Below, piece by piece: positions 36,786 through 44,236 of a stretch of 48,300 nucleotides of DNA. How positions within the stretch are numbered: position 1 is the first letter of the stretch; every line of letters starts with the position of its first letter. Source of the DNA: a virus; the IMG/VR virus record IMGVR_UViG_3300000839_000001. One strand, 5' to 3'. A program made the position numbers and the translations under genes. The notes under the pieces are model-generated. The model had not been told where the DNA came from. It was given only the letters and a program-made list of their open reading frames with translations, and ran no database searches.

Positions 36786-38018
36786 TTACAGTGCTTCCAA
36801 GTCCTCCACAGGACAAAGGTAACGATACATCGTAGCTTCGTCAAAGCTAGGTCGTTGTCGCAGCGTTACTTCCGGCAGATAAATAATCGGCCCGCCGAAG
36901 GGTTTCGCTGTCTGCAAATAGGTACGCAAATGCTGCCTAGTGAGCCACATGCCATAATTCGGTTCCATCGGCTCACTTATTGCTGTGTACTTCCCACCAT
37001 GTGAGTTGCCGAAGAACAGAGCTTCTTCAAGCCTCTGTCCCGATGTTCGCCTTACAGTCGGAGGTCTCCAGTCGCCTACCTCTGTAGCATGTCCACCGCC
37101 GCCACCAAAAACAGGTAATTTGAGTCCTGTAGAGGAGGGATTGGAGCCTGTCGGCCATATAGTGTTCCCAACCTCTGTATGGAATCCAGCCTTACCTGCG
37201 GCAAACATAACGTCAATCACCTGATCGACGGTCATTCTGTTCTGTTCCCACGGAATGTATGTAACATAGCACTGGTGCTGCGTAGCTTCAGCAAGGAACT
37301 GCTTATACTTAGTAGGTGCTGCTGTTACAGAACCGCCGACCAAACTGGCTGGAAACCTACCCAACCGAGTCATGTAGTCTGCCATGTACGCCAAAATCTG
37401 TCCGCCACGCATACTATCGCCTTTAGAGGCATACCACGTAGCTATGCGGTTCATTTCGGTATATTCTGTAGGCACTCCAATCGCTCGTCGTCGAATGGTA
37501 CTGAGCTGTGCTGCGTTCTCTGCCGCGTGGGAGCAGCAGCTACCGATATTTTCTTGACTAGGAACCAGCTTTAAGCCAGTAGGGAGTCCGTCTTTTTCAG
37601 CAATCACCCAGTGCCAATCACAACATACCGGCTTTCCTGCTGCTGGACGCCACATTGCTTCGACATACTTGCCGTATGTATCGAACAAATTCAGCAAGTC
37701 GTCGTCAAACTTGATAGTTCTGGCGTTGGTATCGAGGTTTTCTTGTCCCGTACCAATGCCTATCGAGTTGATGGACACTGCCGCTTCGACCATTTCGTCG
37801 TGTAGCAGGCGTCCTGCATTACCTTCTTCATAACAACCTAGTGCAAGTCCTTCTCGCCGAATATCCGAAGGTATGCCATGTTCAAGGTCGTATATATACG
37901 CCTGTAAAGGCTTCCTAGAAGGTCTACTCATACCCTCTGTTTGTTGGGCAGGAGTACCTACTATAGCCTTTACTTCTGGAGTCAGTGGAGAACCACCAGT
38001 TGGGATTTCATTTGACAT
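36786..38018 (-). CDS. papain-like (C1-type) cysteine peptidase candidate
   Basis: SQENIGSCCSHA has Gln six residues before Cys, as in papain Q19/C25. GGGGHATEVGDW is His-motif-like. FFGNSHGG resembles the NSWG Asn motif. Start moved to MSNEIPTGG at 38018 to remove the overlap with the upstream gene. Confidence 0.5.
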   Translation of the reverse strand: MSNEIPTGGSPLTPEVKAIVGTPAQQTEGMSRPSRKPLQAYIYDLEHGIPSDIRREGLALGCYEEGNAGRLLHDEMVEAAVSINSIGIGTGQENLDTNARTIKFDDDLLNLFDTYGKYVEAMWRPAAGKPVCCDWHWVIAEKDGLPTGLKLVPSQENIGSCCSHAAENAAQLSTIRRRAIGVPTEYTEMNRIATWYASKGDSMRGGQILAYMADYMTRLGRFPASLVGGSVTAAPTKYKQFLAEATQHQCYVTYIPWEQNRMTVDQVIDVMFAAGKAGFHTEVGNTIWPTGSNPSSTGLKLPVFGGGGGHATEVGDWRPPTVRRTSGQRLEEALFFGNSHGGKYTAISEPMEPNYGMWLTRQHLRTYLQTAKPFGGPIIYLPEVTLRQRPSFDEATMYRYLCPVEDLEAL

Positions 38019-38076
38019 AATAGTTACGTTACTCCGTATAATAAAGATACTATTCTGGGTACAGAGCAGTATCGAA

Positions 38077-39024
38077 TTACCGCCGATTCCTATATACTGG
38101 TCTTTGTTGCGGCTGGCTCGGAACAATACGCTGTGTATCGATCTGCTCCACCTTCACCTTGTTGTTCATAGCGTCCACCTCCCCCATAGCGATATTACCA
38201 GAACTCCTCGGCGTGACTAATCCGCCCAACTCCGTTAAAATACCTACATATTCAGTGGTAGTTTTGGCATCTGCAAGGTAAACAGCGTCTACTTTTCCAA
38301 TAAATTCACGTAATTTGTCGCTACCTGTCCGTCCCGCTAACATCGCCGCCATCACCCATGTACTCTGTACCTGTGACAAAGTGTTCGATGGTATCACCTG
38401 CTTGACATACTCGGTAGTAATGAGGTTCAACTGTTGCTTGTCTATAGCAGTAAAACTCGTACTATATTGACTGTAAAGACCCGCCAATGAAGTTGGGTTG
38501 GGCTGTGGCTCCGGGGTCGGTTGCGGCTCTGGAGTCGGTGGAATAGGTTCCGGTGTTGGCGGCACCGGCGTCACATCACCTACTGTGCTGAACTGTGTCC
38601 TCACCACATATAAGTGTGGAGTGTGGAGTGTGGAGTGTGGAGTGTCTTCTGCTCCCTGCTCTTCCTGCTCTGCGAGGTAGCTGCATACAATCAAGTAGGT
38701 CTCTGCTACCGGCGAAGTGAAGTACAACACCTCTTTCCCACTGTCCACTGCATAGGTATGTCTCGCCTCTGTCGTCCCCAACTTGGCCACCGTCCACTGC
38801 ACGTCTTGCAGTGTAGCAGTAACCTCTGCTGAGTCAGTAGCTACAGTCAATACGATAGGTAGCAACTTACCTGTTTTAGTCTCTGTAGGAACCGCCAGCT
38901 GATAAGGAGCCTGAACGGCTCCCGCTACTGAGTCCTCAGAGTATCTAGGACTCAAGGCGGGCTGGGCGACAGCACTCATTACGCTCGCCGCAAAAACTAT
39001 AAATGAAATAAATACCTTATACAT
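38077..39024 (-). CDS. secreted protein with a Pro/Thr/Glu linker, first gene of the minus arm
   Basis: Signal-peptide-like MYKVFISFIVFAASVMSAVAQ. Linker TPVPPTPEPIPPTPEPQPTPEPQPNPT. ataggcgagtat precedes the ATG. Confidence 0.65.
   Translation of the reverse strand: MYKVFISFIVFAASVMSAVAQPALSPRYSEDSVAGAVQAPYQLAVPTETKTGKLLPIVLTVATDSAEVTATLQDVQWTVAKLGTTEARHTYAVDSGKEVLYFTSPVAETYLIVCSYLAEQEEQGAEDTPHSTLHTPHLYVVRTQFSTVGDVTPVPPTPEPIPPTPEPQPTPEPQPNPTSLAGLYSQYSTSFTAIDKQQLNLITTEYVKQVIPSNTLSQVQSTWVMAAMLAGRTGSDKLREFIGKVDAVYLADAKTTTEYVGILTELGGLVTPRSSGNIAMGEVDAMNNKVKVEQIDTQRIVPSQPQQRPVYRNRR
38613..38646 (-). repeat. heptanucleotide tandem repeat (agtgtgg on +, ccacact on the coding strand), about 4.8 copies, inside a CDS
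   Basis: Read directly. Encodes DTPHSTLHTPHL. Confidence 0.85.
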
Positions 39025-39048
39025 ATACTCGCCTATGTCTATAAGTAG

Positions 39049-39104
39049 TTCAGCAAAGCTGCTGATACTGGATGAAGCTCGGAGTACCTAGTTTCATCTA
39101 ATCA
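39049..39104 (-). promoter_or_regulatory. conserved hairpin element, copy B
   Basis: cagcaaagctgctgatactggatgaagctcggagtacctagtttcatctaat. Stem atgaagc/gtttcat around loop tcggagtaccta. Ends about 25 nt upstream of the 39024 start. Confidence 0.6.
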
Positions 39105-39783
39105 GAGAGTGAGGGCAGGTAGGTCATCACTCTACCTACCCTCGTCGGTGCTTCAGTCCGACTAGCTACCTTACCGGATACTGCTGGTTATTAGGCAGTA
39201 GGCAGCTTCCCGCTTCGCAATATATCTTATACGTCCGAACGATAGGGTTTGTCCCGAAAAATCCCGGAAATTCTATGGTTTTGTGGATACGGCGGGCGGT
39301 TCCTTATATACGCTACACGGAATTGATTATTGTGGTGGATTTCAACTACCTACAAGGTGACAAGGACAATATCGGAGAGTCGGCTAAAATCGATTTTAAG
39401 AGGGTGTACGCTTTCAATGAAGCGAGATTGATCGACACATGGTGTTTGTGGTCATGTGGTCTATTGAAACTTGTACAATTTCAATACGGATTGCTTCCAT
39501 AAATTTGAATTTTGTTTTTGAAAATCAAAAGCTAGGGAGGTGTAGAGGGATATGGAGAATTGAATATCGTAGGAAGGTTAATGGAGTTACATAATTGGAA
39601 AGGTTGGAGAGGCTAATGAAGTTACGTAATTGAAGAGGTTTGAAAGGTTTAGAAGTGCCACGGCCTGAGATAACGTCGCTATGAGCACAGCTGCTATGGA
39701 GATCATAATCGCTATTTTATTTTTATAAAATTGAGGGAAGCATTTAGAACCGCCACCGTGACTATGTTTGATCGCTATGGACA

Positions 39784-39860
39784 TAAGAGTGTAACCATGA
39801 AGACTGCTGGAAGCCTAATAGTAGCCGCTGCTACGGAGTAAGAGTGTAACCATGAAGACT
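39784..39860. repeat. pair of perfect 22-nt direct repeats taagagtgtaaccatgaagact (39784..39805 and 39839..39860)
   Basis: Read directly. Each contains GTGTAACC. Confidence 0.9.
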
Positions 39861-39951
39861 TGCTGGAGAATTTGGGCTTGACGTGAACAGATAGGCGAGC
39901 TGCCCCGATCCTCCCATACTCCCTATCGTTTTTGAAGGTCTCCCCGTTCCC

Positions 39952-40030
39952 ACGAACAGAGCGGCCAAAGCAGGCAGGGCGATTGCTGGGCGGCTAGGGC
40001 GAAACGAACAGAGCGGCCAAAGCAGGCAGG
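39952..40030. repeat. pair of perfect 27-nt direct repeats acgaacagagcggccaaagcaggcagg (39952..39978 and 40004..40030)
   Basis: Read directly. Start-to-start spacing is 52 nt. Confidence 0.9.
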
Positions 40031-40091
40031 CGGTGTAGCGATTGATCGACCTCGCAAAGCAAGTATAGTTAGATTGGCGAATAGGGAGTAA

Positions 40092-40167
40092 GACCGTAAC
40101 CGCGCAACCACGTAACCATAAAATTAGGGATCGGCAATTGTGGTTACGCGGTTGCGTGGTTATGGTC
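40092..40167. repeat. imperfect 29-nt inverted repeat. Each arm holds three 8-nt-spaced G(T/C)AACC units.
   Basis: gaccgtaaccgcgcaaccacgtaaccata versus the reverse complement of tgtggttacgcggttgcgtggttatggtc. 25 of 29 match, with an 18-nt spacer. Confidence 0.8.
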
Positions 40168-40398
40168 GGTCGATTTGTGGGAATCGACTGAAAATTGGGT
40201 GTAACCGGGGCGGTTACGGCAGTGCCAGCCCCCGGTTGACGTAGTTACACCCTTAAAAATAGGAATATCTATTGATATGTAACGAGTAACTATTCTAAAG
40301 TAAAAGATCGTCTAACAAAATGCCTTTCCGGGGGGGAAAAAGAGGGGGGGAGACCTCGCTGGTTACACTGAAATGATCGTTACGAGCCGCCCGTAACC

Positions 40399-40439
40399 AT
40401 TATATATATATCCACGGGCCGCGTAACCGGCCCGTGGAT
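40399..40439. promoter_or_regulatory. (TA)6 tract abutting an 11-bp perfect GC-rich hairpin whose loop carries GTAACC
   Basis: attatatatatat, then atccacgggcc-gcgtaacc-ggcccgtggat. Confidence 0.7.
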
Positions 40440-40499
40440 ACGAAAGTAATCAAACAGGTTTCATAACCATATAACCGGAGCCGCCTCCCGGCAACTTGT

Positions 40500-40523
40500 G
40501 GTTACACGGTTACACGGTTACAC
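40500..40523. repeat. tandem iterons GGTTACAC x3
   Basis: ggttacacggttacacggttacac read directly. Confidence 0.9.
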
Positions 40524-40576
40524 GTAGATAGCCCATTCTGTGTAACGGAAAAGTTGTATCTATCAAACATTTCTAT

Positions 40577-40609
40577 GGGGGTGGGGGTGGGGGTGGGGTG
40601 GGGTGGTGG
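40577..40609 (+). other. G-quadruplex-forming tract: five G4-5 runs separated by single T
   Basis: gggggtgggggtgggggtggggtggggtggtgg read directly. Confidence 0.8.
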
Positions 40610-40630
40610 TTCTTTCGCTGCGTCTCCAAA

Positions 40631-40824
40631 CGCCGTAAGTCTTTATAGCGGAAGGGTTTATAGCGAAACTTCCGCAGTGAATCTACGTATTCGAGCGTGG
40701 CGATTCTCAAAAAACTAAGTGTCCATCCGGGAATTTCTCCCTATTTTTCTCGGAAATTTTCCAGCATCGGGGAAATTTCTAGCAGCACTTTTATCGCCAT
40801 AAGTCCTTTATAGGTAAAGGTTTA
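40631..40824. repeat. two imperfect 30-nt direct repeats (40631..40660 and 40795..40824), each followed by TGGCG(A/G)TTCTC
   Basis: cgccgtaagtctttatagcggaagggttta versus cgccataagtcctttataggtaaaggttta. Confidence 0.7.
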
Positions 40825-40978
40825 CGGCGGTTGGCGGTTCTCGACACGAAAAATTTCCTAGAAAATTCCCCCACTTTCGGGGGGTTTTATAGGATTTCCT
40901 CTAGCCCGCGGCGGTTCTAGTCGATATAATACAGTAGACGCGGGAAAGAAAGCCAGCCCGCAAAAACCACCATATCTA

Positions 40979-41011
40979 ACAGAAACAGGAACAGAAACAG
41001 GAACAGAAATC
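40979..41011 (+). repeat. 12-nt tandem repeat acagaaacagga x2.75, ending at the start codon of 41012
   Basis: Read directly. Confidence 0.85.
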
Positions 41012-41332
41012 ATGCAAAAGCACGAAACCTACAGAGAAATTGAAGCCTGTAAACGAAGCTACCTAGCCACTATCGTTCAGGGATTCCTAGAAGCCGCAGA
41101 GACCAAATATAGCTGTGAAACTAAGCTCTCTACAGAGGACTGTATAGTCCTCATTTCGGCCCCTAACGGCACGAATCTGCGAATCACTTCTATCACCCCT
41201 TACGAATACGATTCCGTCATCGTGCGAATCGAAGAAGAAGGAGTGAGAGGATACCGAGAACATCACATATATGATGTGGTATCTTGCCATGAAGTCCTCG
41301 ATAGCTACCTCGATGCCGACCTCGATATTTAG
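41012..41332 (+). CDS. hypothetical early protein, first gene of the plus arm
   Basis: 106-aa ORF preceded by a 12-nt tandem repeat containing aggaa. Confidence 0.6.
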   Translation: MQKHETYREIEACKRSYLATIVQGFLEAAETKYSCETKLSTEDCIVLISAPNGTNLRITSITPYEYDSVIVRIEEEGVRGYREHHIYDVVSCHEVLDSYLDADLDI

Positions 41333-41412
41333 CCCAAAAATTTACGAGTGGCGGCTCTACCCGCCGTCACCTCGAATACTACATCACTACATCACTAATA
41401 AGGATACATATT

Positions 41413-41793
41413 ATGCCGATAGCCAAAACTAACCGAATCGTCCAACAACTCGAAGCCCTTAAACCTTACCTCTCTACTGCCTATTATGAAGGCAAAGTAC
41501 GAATTGACGTTACCGCTACGATAATCGAAGGCCGTCATCTGCGTGTCTCGGTAGAAGGAACAGGCAGAGTGTCTCGATACTATCGAGTATCTCTTTGTCA
41601 TCACAGCTTTAGTCTTACCTACGAAACAGTCCCTGCTTGGGAGATCGTGTTCGAGGACACAATGGGTACACCTATTGGGCTGCCTATCTATTTACCACGC
41701 GAGGCGCATACTCCAGAATTTGATTCTTGGAACATTAAAACTACTCTCTATCTCGCAAATAACCCCATTAGTAGTAAAGAGGACTGCGAATAA
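41413..41793 (+). CDS. hypothetical early protein
   Basis: 126-aa ORF. RBS taaggat. Confidence 0.6.
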   Translation: MPIAKTNRIVQQLEALKPYLSTAYYEGKVRIDVTATIIEGRHLRVSVEGTGRVSRYYRVSLCHHSFSLTYETVPAWEIVFEDTMGTPIGLPIYLPREAHTPEFDSWNIKTTLYLANNPISSKEDCE

Positions 41794-42167
41794 TGACACA
41801 AAAATCAAACAAACCCAAAGTGTCCCCGCATACTAGAAGGCTTCATAGGGCCTTCAGCAGAGCGGCACAAGCCCTATACCTAGCTCTACCCGACTACTAC
41901 CCGATTAGCAGCATACGTATCGAGGCTGTAACCAGCAGCCTAACCGGCGAGGTCGAGTTACTCCCGGTGGCGCGTCTGAAAAATGATACAGAGTATCATC
42001 TGCGAGCTACCGAGAACGGACTATGCTCTTTGATAGAGAGTGTCCCACAGCCCAGCCCTATGATTACCGATACAGTAACCCGTTCGGCGAAGCAACAGTC
42101 ACTAGCTAGTATTAGCAAAGACTTCCTAGCTCAAATGATACTGGCCAACGCAAGAGAACGCAAGTGA
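41793..42167 (+). CDS. hypothetical early protein
   Basis: 124-aa ORF with an ATGA-type overlap with the upstream gene. Confidence 0.6.
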   Translation: MTQKSNKPKVSPHTRRLHRAFSRAAQALYLALPDYYPISSIRIEAVTSSLTGEVELLPVARLKNDTEYHLRATENGLCSLIESVPQPSPMITDTVTRSAKQQSLASISKDFLAQMILANARERK

Positions 42168-42186
42168 CTATGTGGCCAACACTTGC

Positions 42187-42319
42187 GGCAGGGCAGTCTA
42201 ACGGTTGCCCTGCCGACTTCCGGCGGTTGCCGGATTATTCCGAGATTTTTCTCGGAATCGGCGGAACTACTTCCCGCCCCAGACGTATCATATATATATA
42301 CAGTCGCGATTGTCGCGAC
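42187..42319 (+). promoter_or_regulatory. highly structured intergenic segment: three perfect hairpins and a (TA)6 tract
   Basis: ggcagggca/tgccctgcc (42187..42214), attccgaga-tttt-tctcggaat (42237..42258), TA tract 42290..42301, gtcgcga-ttg-tcgcgac (42303..42319). Confidence 0.6.
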
Positions 42320-42366
42320 ACTAACCCCGCCGAGGTAACCCCGGCAAAAAAGAAAGAGAAAATATC

Positions 42367-42978
42367 ATGTCCGAAGCTACCACAGCCGCCGCCTCCTCCT
42401 CCGAAAAATCCGGCAAGTCAAAAAAACGATACCTCGATGCTATTCTGACGGCAGAAAAAGGTACGGCCACAGTTGCCGGAATCGCCCTGCCTGCCGGAAT
42501 GATCGGCACTCGCCCTACCAGAGACGGCGAGCCTGCCAAGCCTGCACTGGCTATTGTCCCGCCGATTCTCGGTATCCCCGAAACACACGTAGCGGGATAC
42601 GACTGTACACCGATCATGTGGAGTACTGGGTATCACAACCCTGCGAAAGCCGATTTCATAAATGATAGCGTCTATTACGCGTTCGTCATGGCTATCAAGG
42701 CCCGCGAGTACCAAGCCGCCGAAGAATCGAAGAAACTGGCCGATGCCCAGCCCGACCTCTTTATCCCGGCTTCTACGGGGCAGTCCGTTGCCGCGAAAGT
42801 CTCTGCCGCGACTGCTGTTGCGGAAAACCGGGTCATGGTCGAGACCGTCAAGTCCCTGTACCTTCAGGGATCGTTCGCGGCTATGGGCTTGACCCTGCCC
42901 AGCCAGATTTGGACTATGATTTACGCACAAGTGCCGTGTCCGGCTAATCTCGATACCGAGATCACGGGACAAGCCTAG
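42367..42978 (+). CDS. hypothetical early protein
   Basis: 203-aa ORF preceded by aaagaaagagaaaatatc. Preferred over the antisense ORF 42418..42972. Confidence 0.6.
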   Translation: MSEATTAAASSSEKSGKSKKRYLDAILTAEKGTATVAGIALPAGMIGTRPTRDGEPAKPALAIVPPILGIPETHVAGYDCTPIMWSTGYHNPAKADFINDSVYYAFVMAIKAREYQAAEESKKLADAQPDLFIPASTGQSVAAKVSAATAVAENRVMVETVKSLYLQGSFAAMGLTLPSQIWTMIYAQVPCPANLDTEITGQA

Positions 42979-43139
42979 TCTCCCTAAGCCCCTACGGCGT
43001 AGGGACTTACATCAAAATCAGTCCCGTTGGCGATTCTAACGGGACTACCTTTACAGTTTAGTGTACTACCGTCATAGTACACTGCTACATAGCATCATCA
43101 CCTAGCCAGTCACCATATCTATCACCGGAACTATCTATC

Positions 43140-43415
43140 ATGCCAAGCCCTAAGTTGTCGCAAGTCATTACCCCCGCAAAGGTTACGTATCGACCAATCG
43201 AAGCACAAGCGAGTGAACTAAACTACATCGCCTATCATAGGTCGATATTGCTGGATAGGCTCGCCCAGATTCAAGCCGAATTGGCGGCTCTTGACCGCCG
43301 CAGAGCCACTATAGACGCTGCTATTGTCGCTACCTATATGCCCCCTGTCGTTGACACACAGATCACTGGTACAGATGTACCAGCAGAGCCGGGCGACACG
43401 CAAGACACGCCGTAG
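43140..43415 (+). CDS. hypothetical early protein
   Basis: 91-aa ORF with a helical centre LLDRLAQIQAELAALDRRRATIDAAI. CACCATATCT motif 20 nt upstream. Confidence 0.55.
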   Translation: MPSPKLSQVITPAKVTYRPIEAQASELNYIAYHRSILLDRLAQIQAELAALDRRRATIDAAIVATYMPPVVDTQITGTDVPAEPGDTQDTP

Positions 43416-43512
43416 ACCTCTGTACGATATGTGTTGCGATATTCAGAGCGAAGCGTGTAGCCTACGGCTACTTGAGCGTTTGAATTTTGCTACATATTTC
43501 AGAACGTAGCGC

Positions 43513-43530
43513 GAAACCTGTACAGGTTTC
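43513..43530. promoter_or_regulatory. perfect 18-bp palindrome gaaacctgtacaggtttc (operator-like)
   Basis: Read directly. Lies in the intergenic region upstream of 43608. Confidence 0.6.
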
Positions 43531-43607
43531 AAAGCAAGGCGAAATTTATAACAGCCCCCATTACCTAGCTAACAATCCCACTTACACCATTTAGAGGAAC
43601 AATACCT

Positions 43608-44057
43608 ATGACTACTATCTTCAATCCGTCTGCCGCCCAAGTCGCAACACTTCCTATCCCTTTACAAGATAGAATTGTCTTCGGTAGCAAGCTACTAAAC
43701 ACGTTGCTAGTTAGCAATCTTGAGTTTGACTACCATGACGTGTATAGTGAGTTGACACAACAACACTATAGAACACCTATGGAATGCACACAATACGACT
43801 TTTTCCAACGTATCGAATCGCCGGACTGGCAAGTAGCCGTGTCATTCCAGTACAAAGACTATGATTTCCCTAGCAATCAAGGTAATCTCACTAACTGCTA
43901 TTGGGCGAGGTATCCAGTAGTATCCGTCATACGTAGAGTAGATGATAAACTCTATACTGTGCTGGAAATGACGATCACCTATGACGATGTTTTCGACGGC
44001 AACGATTGTACAATCGCTAGCAACACAGTTGCTATAGATACTGTTAGGAATACCTAA
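43608..44057 (+). CDS. hypothetical early protein
   Basis: 149-aa ORF. RBS agaggaac. Confidence 0.6.
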   Translation: MTTIFNPSAAQVATLPIPLQDRIVFGSKLLNTLLVSNLEFDYHDVYSELTQQHYRTPMECTQYDFFQRIESPDWQVAVSFQYKDYDFPSNQGNLTNCYWARYPVVSVIRRVDDKLYTVLEMTITYDDVFDGNDCTIASNTVAIDTVRNT

Positions 44058-44236
44058 CAGTATCTAAGGGAGTGCATTGACCTAACAATCAGAACCGCCA
44101 GTGTGATATGGGCGAATAGGCCATATCATGCTCTTGCTACTGTTGACGCTTTAGCGTCATCTTGAGTAGCATAGCTATTACCCTGTTTGGTAGTAGCACT
44201 TACACCATAACCGCCCAATAGGGCAAAGGAACACTA

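Noticed and set aside
39275-40111. ORFs 39275..39502 (+), 39587..39784 (-) and 39923..40111 (-) inside the control region
   Set aside because: None has an RBS, and all are built across direct-repeat DNA. 39587..39784 does contain one hydrophobic stretch, so a small membrane protein cannot be fully excluded. I still treat all three as non-coding.
39579-40523. Possible CRISPR array, because of multiple direct repeats
   Set aside because: Each repeat family has only two or three copies. Units differ in sequence and length (8, 22, 27 nt), there is no regular repeat-spacer periodicity, and no cas genes are present.
42164-42448. 94-aa plus-strand ORF
   Set aside because: It spans a gap made of perfect hairpins and a TA tract, and it overlaps the start of 42367..42978. 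This is more likely regulatory DNA than coding sequence.
42418-42972. 184-aa minus-strand ORF
   Set aside because: It is antisense to 42367..42978. Its Arg/Gly/Ser-rich translation is typical of the reverse frame of an Ala-rich gene.
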